Source: Balanoglossus misakiensis
Lineage: Eukaryota; Animalia; Hemichordata
Direction: 5' to 3'
Length of the DNA stretch: 64,000 bases
Assembly: GCA_040954595.2 (NCBI GenBank)
Contig: CM082580.2
Coordinates: forward strand, 7,075,519 to 7,139,518
Shown: positions 23,915 to 38,600 of the stretch, piece by piece
Numbering within the stretch: position 1 is the first letter of the stretch
Layout of the letters: every line of letters begins with the position of its first letter
Notes under the pieces: model-generated
What the model was told of the DNA's origin: nothing
The model's database searches: none
What the model saw: the letters and a program-made list of their open reading frames with translations, nothing else
Position numbers and translations under genes: made by a program

Positions 23915-26900
23915 ATGTCAATGTCGGCAGACGTGGTCAAACATGGTCGGAGAAGAGGGCAGTCTAGAGGTGAGTGTCTTCTGTTGATATTGGGTGGCAA
24001 TATTTTGCATGCGGGTCTGATCAAATTGGTACATGTATATTTTGATACAAATCTGATTATTGTCAGAGAGTCTTCCAGATGCTGCCAACGTCTTGATATA
24101 TAAAATAATATAGTCAGGAGGTGTTTCTTGAAGACGAAAGTCAGCTGTCGACGTGGTGGTTGTTTTCTGATCTCAAGATTGATCATGTCCGCCATGTTGG
24201 TGTTTGTTCCATAGTGTACACCATGGTTTCTGGTGATTGAATCGTGAACACAAACAAACGCCGACAAAGTTAAATACCATCGCAAGAGTTCATAACATCC
24301 TACCCGCTTATATTATTTCAGTATTACCAATTTTCGTCCATTATATTATATTAGTTACTGAATTTCATATATGATAACATGCACACACTGTCACATAAAG
24401 GCCAAAGGGATGTTTGGTATACTCTTTTGTTGGGTCAGTGTGAAGATATTAATCAGTTCGATAATCAAACAGTGGCTTACCAAGATTAAGTGACAGTTAC
24501 TTCTTATAACTGGAAACTGGTTAATCATATGATGTGGATTTTATTGTAAATAACACATGACTTCTATATCTTCCCTATCAATATTCCCTTTATATGTATC
24601 ATAATATGTATCACGCCAAAATATGATTTTCTCTGCTCCGTTTTGTTCACAGCTAACAGTGCCGGAAGTGGTTCTGTGTCACCGGAGCACGACCAGCAGC
24701 TGTCCATGGGAATCACCGGCACCAATCTGAGACAGGTGACGGTTCTGTCCAAGAAGGACTGGGCTCGCATCCAGGATCAGCTGTCGAGCAAAAGCAGGGA
24801 GGCCCAGAGAATTCAGGCCATGAGGGAAGAGAAGGAAGCCTTGCACGCCAGATCCAAAGAAGTGGTGAAGAATTGGAGCAACACGATAGCTGTAGGTTTT
24901 CCCTTGGTTGTGTTTGTATGACTATTATCTATAGATGTTCAGTACTGTGATTATTTCTTGGTTGTCACCAGAAACTTCTGACACAGTATTGGCTAATCTA
25001 CATAACAGTCCAATTAACAGTTCTGATAATGTGTTTGTTTTCCCAAAATTAATGGATATCCATTGATACTCTTTACAGAGTGCACTTGTATACTGTTATT
25101 AATTACTTTTAAATTTCCATAATCAGGGTCAGCGTCTGAAGAAACTAGAGGCCAGGAAAATCCGGGACGAGAAAGAAGAAGAAGAGAAAGTTCAACTTGA
25201 CATTGAAGAAGCAAAGTTTCAAGCGGAAAAGAGGAAAGAAGCAATTGATAAAGCCAAAACCCAACAATATTATCAAACTGACAGAGTAAAGGGCTTCCAT
25301 GTAAGTTAAAGTCAATTTCAGCTTTTATGTTTATTCATTAGACACCAGACTACTTTGTGGGTATAGTGTTTTCAGGTATGCCACAAAACAATAGCGCAGT
25401 GTTTATATACATGGGAAAACTAGCCTATTCTGTTCAATGTGCAATCATGTATTATTTTGATGGAAAGAGATTTTACGAGAAGTCTTGTCATATGGCTCTA
25501 AATTGCACTTGTGTGATCTCATTCTCCTGCAGGGAGCTTTACTGTTAACTGAGGTTCTCAAAGAGAGGGAGGCACAGATTGAGTTGAAGAGGGCCAAAGA
25601 GCGCGCCAGTGCCGGCAAGGACAAGGAGCTACTCGCCAGGCACCAGAGAGAGTTAGAAATGGGAATTCTGGAGGACCAGGCCAAGGCCATGCGTGCCATG
25701 GAAGACAAGAAAAGGAATCAGGAATTTCAAGTGGCGCAGTAAGTTGTTTCAGCTCTCTGCTAATTATTGACATTGGAGACATGCACGATAAATGTTTGGA
25801 AACCAAGAAATAGTGTTCGGCGCCGGGAGTTGGGTATGGCCTTATGACGTGTCACTACACAAGAATTTAATGTTTAGACTTCAATACTTTATGATATAGT
25901 GAGCATAGGTGCATGTGGTTCAGCATTTTGTTCCGGCCAAATTTCCAACTTACTTCTGCGCCCTACCATCCGTGGTTTTCTTGTTCCACGTCTGTTTATA
26001 CTTACATTTCCATGTCCCAGACCTTACACTAAAGACATTGACTGATTTCTCCCCGCCCAGAATCCAAGCTCACTACCGACAGGACGAACTGGACGCCCTG
26101 TCCAACCTGAGAGAAGGCGAGGAGATTAAGAGAAACACGCAGCGCTTTGAGATCGAGAAGAGGAAAATCGAAGACATCAAACGGCAGGAGAGGGAGGATC
26201 TGATGAAGGCGCACCTGCAGACGGTGAAGGACCGGGATCTCATCCGGGCCGTGGAGAAACAGAAGGAGGAGGAGGAAGACGACGAAATTAGAATATTTGC
26301 CGCGGCAAAGAAGAAGATGTCAAAACTTAGGAAGGAACGAGAGCAGGATCTATGGCAGTACGTTCTCTCTCTGTCATTCTTTGCAAATTGGTTTGAGGAC
26401 ATTTATCCCTGGCATGGGGCATCTAGCCTGAGCCATGGACATTGAGTCCGTTTTAATACTACCCTGATTGTTGTTTGGAAAATGTTTGAATGGCGAATAG
26501 CAAAGGGAAATATTGTCTTGATACCTAGATTGTCGCATGAGCGTTGACTAAGATAGTGTTTTATATGCAAAAGAACCCCATGAGTGGCTGATGATAGTCT
26601 ACCTATCAACCTAAAAAATGGTTGTCTGTTTTTCTGTAAAAAATTCATATTTTGTTTGTTTCTGGAAAATTGCAGGAAAAAACAGGACCACACCAACAAG
26701 ATGATAGAATTACTCCATCAACAGTTACGACAAAAAGTGGACGACGAGGACGAGAGGATCGTGCGAGCCGTCGCCCAGAGAGAGGCTCGGGAGAAATTCG
26801 AGGACGAAGAGAAGGAGGCCAAGCTGAAGGAGGAGCTGATGGGGATCGCCAAGCACCGAGCGGACCAGATGAAACTGGCCCAGGAGAAGGAGCGGGAGGA

Positions 26901-27387
26901 GAAGCGCAAGGAGGACGAGAACTTGAAGCTTCGCATCGAAGCCGACGCCATCTTCAAAGCCCAGCAGGAGGAGAAACAGGCGGCCATGAGGTCCGAGGCG
27001 GGGGCGCTGCAGGGCTTCCACCAGGACCAGATCGACGAGCGGATGACCAAGACCGACCGAGAGATCAAAGAGCAGCTAGATCACGACAGGCGTAACCTAG
27101 AGCTGCTAGGACTCGAGGAGCAGCAGTTTCAGGAGTACGCCGCCAAGGTCATCACTCACTGCAAGCGGAACGGCCGTAATGTCTATCCGCTGGTCAAGGC
27201 GGCGCGAGAGGGCCACGGCGGCGGTCTGGGCCCGGTCTTCGAGGGCAAGGGAGGAATCAGACCCAGTTACCTTGTCCAGGATAATTCCGGTGTGGAATTG
27301 CCGACGTATCAGAAAGACACCACGGAAGATGTCAAAAGCGGTCAGAATTCTGGTGATTCCCGCAAGCGCCTGGGCTTTGTCTGGTAA
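23915..27387 (+). CDS. CFAP210: Cilia- and flagella-associated protein 210 / CCDC173 (~560 aa, trichoplein-like coiled coil)
   Basis: Exons 23915-23969, 24653-24891, 25127-25300, 25533-25738, 26061-26357, 26676-27387 = 1683 nt in frame. Motifs KHGRRRG, LRQVTVLSKKDWARIQ, SKEVVKNWSNTIAGQR, YYQTDRVKGFHGALLLTEVLKEREAQI and the C-terminal GGGLGP...KRLGFVW match CCDC173 as I recall it. Confidence 0.9.
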
Positions 27388-29602
27388 CAGGCAACTTCTT
27401 TGTCTCTAGTTAGGAAAACCATTCAAAGCAACCAAATTGACGGTCCGTACTTTTTTTTTCAAAGACTCGGTCATTATTCTCCAAACGTCAACTGTAAATA
27501 GAAACGGAACACCATAAACCCTAATAACTGCGATTTTTTAAAATTCCTCTGAACGCCTACTTTTCATGTGTGTGCCTTTGTTATATATTGTACATAAAGC
27601 AGTGGATGAGAGGAAAATTTTATCGTAACCTTAGATAATAAAATAATTTCATCCAAGATACTTTTTCTGTCTCTTTATGTTTCTGCTCTGTGACATTAAC
27701 GGTTTCTGAAATGATGAATGTCCACTTCTTCATCTCATCTCAAAAAAATTTTTTAAATATTTTTTTTTCTAAATGCATTCTTCTCTACATTTTCACTCTA
27801 ATTCACTGATGAAAAGTTAACCGGGTTTAGAGGTTTTGGATATTTACAGAACAACAGAGATAAAAAAATACATACATACCAGGGAAAATGGCAAACTGTT
27901 GCACATAAAAGTGTATATTTAGGAGTCCATGTGTGCCAGTAATAGCAACCAGTGCATGCATTGAATTCATCATTAATGTCGCCTTTTCTTCTTTCCAACA
28001 CTATTATTAACACAAGGAAAACATGCATGAGTGCTCCTTATTTTGCAATACAGGACTGCTTTATCTCTGTCATTGTTTTTCTGAAACCCCCAGTACCGGT
28101 AGCTGTATCTTCTTGCGTAATCACCCCATTTTTTTATTGATGCAAATAATTGTATGAATATAATGTAGTAGCCCTGACCTTTGGTGACATTTGGCACTTG
28201 AACATTCACTATGCAATATCAACAGCGCCCTCTATAGATACCACTGCTGCTGGGCTGCTCATGTCACAAGGTATGCATGCTATACATCTTGTGAGATTGT
28301 TCAATTTGCCTCTTTTATAGGATAGTGTTGAGTTGCTTACACTTCTACTTTACTATGCCATTTTCAGTCATAGAAACGTATAGTCACTTCATTGAATGCT
28401 TTTCGACCATAGAAGATACATTTTTTTAGTGTTAGATCTTGACACCAGTTAGACAGCATTCAAAATGGTGGATGTGTAGCTGGATTTGACTTTGATTCTT
28501 GAGATCAAACATGGACACCAAAATGTAAATGATAATGTTGGTCTTTTCAAATTCTAAAAAGAAGGAAATCAAGCATGGTGTTAAGTTTTATCACAAGTTT
28601 ATTTCTCCACGATTTCATGATCATTTTGACATAACCGGTAGTACTTATGAAACTAGACCACACTATGAAAATGAGTAATACTGTCTGGTCACATACCGGT
28701 AATATATAAACTATTATTATTTATACATAAATTTTATTTACAACTTATACTACACAACACTTTTCAACTAAACTTACTAAGAATTTTCATGTACAACAAA
28801 GTACACAAAAAGTGTGTACAATAAAATGTTTTTGCATTTTCCACCATGCAAATGGACTGAAACTAAAAGTTTTTATTTGTTGGAAAATGTATGTTCAGTA
28901 CAATCTTCCGACGACTTGATATTGATTTTGGTAATTGACTCAACTCATCGTTTCTCATTAAGTACGTGCCACCCAATCAAACGGTGGGAAAAATACGAGA
29001 ACTTGTGAATCTGAAAGGTGCAACAAGACATTGGACAGATCTGAGTGTGTCAATGTTTGCTTCTGTGTTTTTTTGTGTGTAAGTCACTGTTATTAATGTT
29101 ATCTGTTAAGGCAAACATGCTTCTACAAATTCAAAACTCCTACAAAAGCATTGCTGTGTTGCAAAATATATACGAGTCCTCATAAAATCCACTTGGACCT
29201 ATTTTTATGGCTGTTCAACTTATCTGATGATCAAAAACACATAATACATCAATCTAAAATAACCGACAGGAAAACAAAAATTGCTGATAATTACAGGAAA
29301 ATGCATTTGCTCACTTATTTTTGGTTTTGTCAGTCGTGAATTTTTATTTAGAAAAGTTTGCATTGTTAATTTCAGAGGAAAACATAGAAATCTATATTTT
29401 TACCATTCTATTATTTTCTCTTAGACTATGGTTACAAAATAAAGCTACTTCTTTCCACTTACAATCAAAAATACAGAACTACAAAGATAGAGAACTTTAA
29501 CCAGAAATATATACTTGTATAAGCTGTGTGCCTATTTTTTTTATCTTGATTTTTTTTAAATCAGTACCATTCTTTGTAGCTAAGATTTCCATGGTCACAG
29601 TA

Positions 29603-32600
29603 CTATTCAATCTTGACGTATCTTTCCTGGGACTTGTACAGATACAGTGAGTCTTCGGTAATGTAACTGCAAGAGAAAAGAAGGGAGTGTTGGTATTTCT
29701 GAGAGAAACAGCTTTTTTTGGAATCAGCTGAATGTTAAGAAAATGCCTGGTATACTACATGTAGTAACTTAGTACCCCACCATCCCCTGTTCCCCAGTGT
29801 AACAGTCCCTCCTGACAATTAGAGTACAGTGGGAACAAATCAAATTTCAGTGGTGAGAGGGGCTCTGGCTGGTTTTGCCGTCAGGTCTGCGCTGTATGTT
29901 TTTCTGCAGGATCAGTTACTATATGCCAAGAATAGATACTTTTGAAAACATGCACTGTGTAACTTGGGGGTGGGGGGATCTTGACTGGTGGGTAGACTGA
30001 AGCGCTTTTCTGCTTTGGTCGTGTGTATGGTGAGGCCATGTACATTGAAGTTCCAACTGTTCTCTGTGGTCAAATGGACCATACCACTGAGAAATGGGGG
30101 GTTGAGGCTGCACCTTTTCCACAAACTTACCTGTACCACCAGAGGGTGGGTAGGATTGTACTCGCGTGCCACAGTGAGTGCGCATCGAACGTCCATAATA
30201 TCGGCGAGAAATCCAGAAGTTCCAGACTGAGCAAACAGTTGATGGACAGCGTGACCGCCAGGGCTTTCTTGATTCCGCCGTGCAGATTCCAGTTCTTGGT
30301 GGCCCAGATCAGCATCCATACAGAATTCACAGCTCCTGATGATTGAAGCACAGATTGACAGTTCTTTACATACCCTGTATTTTCATCCGCTACTATGGTG
30401 CTATTTTTCACATACAAACTTCCATACACTTAACAGTATTGGAACTCACATAAAAAGTTACCTTTTTCAATATTTTTGTCCGTCAAGCAAACAGCAAGAC
30501 TAAGAGATGTAAATATGTATGGTACATCACAAACTGGCTGATGATGACATTGATGAAGGTGATGTTGATGATGATGATGATGAGGAGGAGGAGGAGGAAG
30601 TTGAACACTATTTACTGTATGTGGTCTGATTTTGAATGTTCCTTTTATTAGCAAGAAGTTATTTCAGACATTATAAATGTTTAGAATAGATGAATGAATG
30701 TTGTACATCTACTGGTGAAAACGATTTCCAGGTCTTAATTCAAGAAGCACTCACCAGCTGAAACGCTGGCGGCCATGTTGTATCCGTAATCAAACTTGTA
30801 AAACGTCAGGTAACTGATGTGGCACACAAACAGCACCAGAAGGATTCCAGCAAACGCCACACACACATGGCGTCTGCATTTGCCTCTGCGGTGTCCAACA
30901 CTCCTACAGAGAGAAAAGATGGAAAGCAACAATGATGACTACGGGAGGTTCTAGGAGTGCTACCCCCTGGACATGTACTGGTATACCCAACCAGAAACTT
31001 GCCCCAACTCTGTCCCTAACTCTAACCATGACTGGTGGCCGGTTGGAACATTTACTGGAAAAGCGTTTTACGTTATTTTAATAACCTTCGGATGATCCTC
31101 ACCTTACAGCCAAAGTGAATATGTTCATTAACAGAAGTGACGCAGCACAGAAATAATCCATTCTCTGCAAAAAGAAAAAAAACAAAGACAAGCGATTTAA
31201 TCAAGCAAGTCACACGGGGCAAAAATGGCTTTTCCTCAACACCCGAACCCAAAGCTATAAAGCCCATACTGGTACATGTGTGTAAAAATTGGCCTTGCCG
31301 AACGGAATCTCCCCAAAAGACCGTCACAGAGAATGTTCACCTGAACCTGATACACTGTGACCTTTCTCACTTACATGCAAGTGACAACAAAATTTTATTG
31401 TCTTATCTCATATTGCCTCCAAAATTGGATTATGTGGCAAGTTTTTTCTGCACTGAATGAAGTACATGTACATGTACGTGACAAAAAACCATTAAAGAGT
31501 GGATATATAAGCTCTCTCAGTGATGGATAGTACGATCAATGTACCCATCTCACGTGTCCACACTCCCACTGTGCAGCCTCAGGCTGTTAAAATCAGACAT
31601 CATTTCCATTTATAAACATTATCACACAACTTTACTGTGTTACATTTTGTTAGTGATAGCAATGTTTTGATAACTATGGAAAATTTGATTTCCTTTTTTC
31701 GTTACGTGACCAGCTCAACAGTGCAAGGACGATCAGGTGAACTTACAAAATACTTGGTGATCTAATGTAATGGCTTTATTTCTTCTTTTCAAAGACAAAG
31801 AAGCTGTCACAAGTACAGGTCATCAATAATACTTTAGTGTGGGCCCAACCGAGACTGACTGGTCATGTCTGATTGGGTCGCACCAACAGAAACCAGGTTA
31901 GGTATGGCCAAGAATAACACACACACACGACTAATTGACTAGGCAATGAGCCCGACTATAAGCCCTAAATAAACTGTGCACTGTTATCTAGATGAGTTGG
32001 CACAGTTTTTAATAATATGCAATTGAAATGAAGATAAACCGCAGCAATTGCATTTAATCATTGATTGGATTTTGAAGTGCGCTTGTATCTCTGTGGCTCA
32101 TCTTTTTCCAAGTATTGGTGGAGTGTGCATCTCATACCTCCCCCCTCTCACTCACACCTTCAACTGACACCAATACTGTCCCGAATGAAGATGTTAGTGT
32201 CTGTGGCCTTAAGATGGCAAAATGAAGGTTGATGTGCAGATGAAAGTTGCTCACTGCTTTGATCTTTATAATAACTTCATGAGAAGTTGGGTCTGGAATG
32301 TTGGAGAAATGGTTCTGAGTGGACAAAACCCGACGTAAGTCCCTGTTCCGAAATTCATCCGGCAGCAACTGATAAGGAACGTACGTCCAACGCAAGGGAT
32401 ATTTTAAGGTATGAACATCATTCTGTACAGTAAATGTGAAAAAGAGTCAATCATGCTGTTTCAAAGAAAGGCCAGTTTTTGGTATATACCAGTCAGGTTT
32501 GTGAGTTAGGAAACTGGCTTTCTTTGTTGTACCGGTACATGTCTCTGGTTCTGAATGGATTTTCAACTTTTCTCCCATTGCATGCCCGTCTAGTTTCGAC

Positions 32601-35600
32601 ACGGCCACGGTGAAAATCTCAGAAAGGCCACTGCCAGGTCACCTACTTAGCAAGATCTGCTCGTAACCCCATCGACTATTGATCAAGTGTAAAAATATCA
32701 CTTGTTCTGTGCTTTATTGCACAAGTAACATTTACACACAGGATGCAGGCACTCAAACGACACACTCAGTATTGCACGTGCACAACTGGTAAAAATTTAC
32801 GAGTCATTTTCTTTTTCTGGAAAAATACGGAAATCTTAACAGGTCCTGAGGTAAAACAGGAGATGGCACAAAGTCATTTGTCTGGGAACAGTTTGTGTTC
32901 AAGCGAAGAAACAAGTAGTGTCCCTTACACCCAAAGTTATACAGTCGTTAAGTCCATGGACGCAAAAGATTTATCCCTGGTAACAGATTTATTTAATATG
33001 ACTGTTGTTTTACTAATCAGTACAGCTAATGTGTCCCCTGGACTTAATTGCCCCTGATAATGAGGTGTCCTTAGTTCTCGCAAGATGACTGTAAATATCG
33101 CAGCGATAAAAACAGATCTGGAGATCAAGTGTCAGTTTTCGCAAAACGGCAATATTTGGGTTGATTCAATCAATGCGTCCGATGAGAGAACTTGCACATG
33201 TCTAAACTCATGAAGGGTATTGATCTTGGCTGGCCTGTCTTTCAGCACACGATCTGTGGTGTGTGTGTCCTTTGCCTTGTGTTTCATAATCAATGACTGT
33301 CGGTGATCATTTATGAGAAATTACAGTGATATCTGTGATATTTACTCAGAGATGTTCATGTGTTGGCAAGGGAATTGGGCACTGCCATCGCAGCTGATAG
33401 TGATAGGGTGACGGAATTGTGGGTATATGTAATGATGTTGTGGGGGAAGTGGCTTATGAATTGAGACAGACAGTGACGTGGGCATTTTTGCGGAGGATGA
33501 TGATCTCAATGCAAAGATGAAAGTGAAAACGCTTAAACTGTGAATCTGGCGTCTGTCTATTCCCCTTTTGCTCCTACTACAGGACAACATTTAGGAAGTA
33601 AAGTTTATGAGAGAAGACTTCGGAAAGAACTCAGAGGATATATAAAGCTGAGCGACGTGCGAAATGGAGAAGACATTCAACTACTCTATGACCAGTGGAA
33701 TTCATGCGACCACTTCTGCACAGGTACAGTTTATAATTGGGGAGAACATCACCGATCTGGAACTCTGTGATCTGGGGGCCGCGATCGACTTGACCAGACA
33801 ACTGATCTGTCTGGTGACGATAGTTTTCGGCTTTGTGGGGAACACCATCTTCGTGGTCGTGGTCGCCAAGAACCAGGTCTTGCACACGATCGTCAACTAC
33901 TACATGCTGAACCTGTGTTTGGCGGACACCCTCTTCCTCATCAAGGCGTGTATTGTGGTGACGGTGCCTGTTTACTCGTACGACTCGCTGAGCGACGAAA
34001 ACAACCCCACCGGAGTCTGTTTCCTCTGGTCCATCATGCCGCTGTACCTACAGTACGTCTCCATGTTCACCATCGCCATCATCAGCATCGACCGCTACAA
34101 CGCCATCTGCCGCCCCCTGGTGGCGCACAAATTCCACGCCAAGAACCGCAGCGTCAAGCTGGTCGCGCTGACGTGGGTGATCGCGATGGTCTTCGCCATG
34201 ACGTACTCCCTCATCTGCCTCGACTTGGGGATCGTGGCCGTCATCCTCAGCCTCTGCATCCAGGTTCTGCCGTTCCTCATCACCATGACCACCGTCTCCG
34301 TGATGTACTACAAGGTGGTCGTGGAGATGAAGCGGCGGTCCAAGTCGGTGAGCCACCGATTCAAGTCGTCCGCCAACAGGCAGAAACGGCAGACCATAAG
34401 AGTGGCGTTCACGACGACCCTCGTCTTCTTCCTGTGTACGTTCCCGTTCCAGGTGTTCCTCTTTCTGAAAATACTGGACGCCGTGGGATACGTGAATGGC
34501 GGCGACCTCTGCGCCAGGCGGATCTTCTTCCAAGTGACGGTCTACCTCCTGACCGTGAACTCCGCCATCAACACTTTCATCTACACCGTGATGAGCGAAC
34601 TTTACCGGAACACGCTGGTCAGGACTTTCCGTTCCCGCTGCAAGAGCAGCAACGCCCGCGGGCTGGAGGGCAACCGGTCGATCGTCGTCAATTCGGAATT
34701 TGACGAGCTGGCGGCGCGCTCCACCTTCGAGAACAACGGCACGCAGATGCGCTCAGTCAGCACAAACACTCTGGTCACCAATGTGGACGACATTGAGGGT
34801 GGAGACGACCGAGAGAACAACAACGACTCGGCAATGAATGATCATGAAATCACAGAGCTGTAGAAATAAACGCACCTGAAGATCAATCTGATGATCAATA
34901 CACAAGTTGTGACAAGGCAATTGAGGCCAATGTGTGTGTAAACGGCATTTTGCAACATTTGATACAGGCAAAAAAGCGGGGCAATTTTTGTAGACATACA
35001 AGACAGAGATGGCAAGCTGGTGGCTATTAAAGATGTACAGCCAACAAAACATTGTGCATATATATAAGTTACAATGCTTTGCATTAGAGTATTCTGCGGC
35101 AAGACCCCTGTATCGCCATTGCTATTTGACCATGTCTGCAGCTGGGTTGACTTGAGATTTGCTAGATACAATGTACCAGCAAATCTGTGTTCCCTAAACC
35201 AGTGATATCTTTTTTTAGCTGGATATCCCCACTATTCATGCACAGGATATGAATTTCGTTGATTTTAAAAATCAATAATTGAAACTTGGGATTATCCAAA
35301 AGTCAATGCATGTGGTCCCATAAAAGTGTCTTCCACATATGATGTTAATTAATATCCAAATGATGGCAATCATTTGCAAATTAGCGAAGATTTTGTTTGC
35401 CCATATGGTTCCGATAATCAGACTTCAGCTCTGTTAGAGCTGTGGTTCCTATTTGTCTAATCCAAGTACAATGATTCATACATCAGATTCCTAGATTCAG
35501 TCACATGTACTGGAAATTTTGACTTCCACAATAGACACCAGCCATCTGCCACGTGTGGCTATCCGGTTAAAATGTAACTTTTTTATGGCCGTGGGGATGA

Positions 35601-38600
35601 AATAAAGTAGCTTGAGATTTAAGTTGTATCCAACAAGTTTATTAATGATGTTTAGGAAACACTCAACTCCCTAATTAGAGCACATTTGGCAATGGAGCAT
35701 TTGGTGTGACCAAACAAAACACCCAACAGATTTTTCGTACATAAACGTGTCGATAAATTCTTTTCATGAAATTTGTGATTATCAAGTATTTGTGACTCCA
35801 TCAGTGGTGGTGTGGCGGCCATCAATAACTGGAGTACGAACCATAAAAATGCATAACCTCCTTTGCAGATGTACAGTCCATAGGACCATACGCCAACTTT
35901 TAGTGGCTCAGAAATTATAGTACAGTATGTTTAACCCAAATAGATAAATTTAATGTTAAAGATGGGAATGATCATTTTGCATGATTGATTATTCGGCTCT
36001 TATCATTTTTTCATTTGGTTAGTTCAACACTTTGGGTCTAACCGTTTATCCCTCCAGACTTCATAGCTAAGTGTTTTGTTGTGGTTGGACCAAAAAATAA
36101 AAGGAAATGGGGTGAAACAGGCTTGAGGGGACAACAGCGCAACTTTTTTTGAACAAGGGATAACCATGGCTGCAGGGTTACACACGAGCCATGTGTACAC
36201 TTCACAACATGTAGAAGCCAAACAGCAAATGCCAAACGGAGGGAATCCGTACCAAAGTTGGAACGACGATTCTAGATGAAGATTTGAAGGGATACGGTCA
36301 CCCATACAAATTGATCTAATGCTACCACGGAAAGTGGAACTTGGAAGGCTATGTGACTATTGTGCACCATCACACTGTCATTGTAAACTGACACAAGCGT
36401 TTTAACCATATATGGTGCATATTTGTAAGTTAGACAGAGGTGATTGTATTCCTTGACCCTCTTCACCACTATGGTTTTGCGCAATCCCATCGTTTTCAAT
36501 GGCAAAGGTGGACCTCTATGCAGGAAAATGGGTTAAATGGTTCAATGATAGTATCCCAAGTCTGAGTGTCAAGATGGATACTGGTATATCTTTTGTGAGC
36601 AGAAGGTGCTGTAGTTGATCAACTGACTTACGGTAAAATTTTTGGAGAATAAAAGATTGTCAATAATTATTACAGGTACTGGTCCTTCTTGGTGGAGACC
36701 AGTACACGATAACTACAAAAACCCGTCTTTGCAGTGACTAATCGGGCAACTATGTTTGCCAAACGTCTTCAGCCATGGGTCTGTCAACTACCGGTCAACT
36801 CTGCACAATATACAATTGATCCTGTCAATATGAACACGGTTCTAATGCCATGTACAAACATAGCGGGACCAATTCAGGGGAACGATTCGTGTTCCATTTC
36901 ATAACAGAATAAAGAGGCACACGTGAGGAATCATGTTTCAGGCCAACCAAAGCCTCCATTACCACCCATCTACGAAAATGGCAGGTGAGAACAAGGCCAA
37001 ACCTCAGACATGCCGCTAACGTAAGAAATATCAAAAATGCGCCAAAATAGTTTCGGTGGATTGCCTGATATGATAAGAATGATTGTTGATAAGCTTGGGA
37101 GAGATGATAAATGTAAAACTGCAAATAATGCAGTCTTATCAAGATAAGGTAGTAGTCGCTCCTCAGGGACAGATTTTTCAGAAAAATGATAGTCCTCCAG
37201 ATCCTCAATTTTTTTATATGTAATACAGTGTGACAGGAGTCTTTTTGAAAAAAAAGAAAACAATTTACTTATAGAGCTTTTAACACTGAGATGGCGGCCA
37301 TTTTTAAATTCAAACTTGAAACAATTTTGCTCTCTCATACAAATTTTTGCACAGAGACCCCCAATTTGTATTCTCAATTATAAGAGAGAATAATCTAAAG
37401 CTGCCTAGAGCAAAATATGAGAAAAAGTTTAAGACTTTGATATTCAAGATGCATTCTACCTTAAATATTGTAATCAATACCAAAACAAATCCCAAATCTT
37501 AAATTTCATTTTGTATATCTACACCTGAACCATGATTACACTGATTTACTGTAATCTGAACTTTTCATTTCACTTTCTGTATGAGTGTCACTCACTTTTC
37601 AATGACATGATATCTGCAGAATATCTGCAAAATACTCCTACATGAATCAACAACTAAATTAATAAATACATCTACATTATATCTTTACACACAGGGCAAA
37701 TTAAGTAGGCAGGGTCTGAAATAGTGATAGCAACTAATAAAAACTTTGAATTATGATCCTTTCAAATTGCTCTAAAGAGGAAATAAGAATACTTTGTTTA
37801 ATCGTTAATTTCTCTTTAATACTGTGTGAGTTGATCAAAGTTCAAGAGAATCATGAAGGAGAGATAAGATGTTATCTGTGTTTGCATATCGCTGCATTTT
37901 TTTTTTACTGTGAACAATATGCATTGTCACATACATACACACATGGACACAGATGTACATGCAAACGTCAGGGCAGAATTTTAAACGATACATTTCTGTT
38001 CAGACTGATGCCATACATGTACATTGACATTTCTACAAACCGTCTGGCTGTACTCAAATTCCGTTCACAAGAGCACCTGGAATACGAGAGTCTAAGTTCC
38101 CCTGAGTCTCGTTCCGCATGCCGTGTACATCACCACGGCAACCGCTGGGGACACACCCTCCCACGCTGTGTGCCGCGGTATCTGATGTGTCAAGAACTGT
38201 CAGTGATAAAGCTCGAGTGGCCATACGCTTTGCATCAGGATGACAAGATAGTCAAGTAGGAGGAAATCTCAGTGGAGAGATATCCACTTACCAGCCATCA
38301 TCCATCTCACCCGATACCGTCGACCGTGCGATCGCACACGTGACTTCTCCGGCTGAATGAGTGAATAACCTGCTTTTGCAACGTGAGGGGAACCGACCCC
38401 GCTGTTCCTCCCCCCCGACTCGGACGATTCGATTACCCCTCCTATTCCGGTCGTGCGGCATTCGCTCGCTTCTGCCATTCAGGAGCCGGGAGAGAAAGAA
38501 CTCAAAAACTGACGGGCTTTTGTACTCAGGATTGTATTCTCTGCCCGCGGTACGTAGTACACAGGTAGTACATACACGGTATTATACGCGCGACTGCTAC

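Noticed and set aside
33915-34703. 262-aa alternative-frame ORF within GPCR1
   Set aside because: Arg/His/Pro-rich frame-shifted shadow of a GC3-rich CDS.
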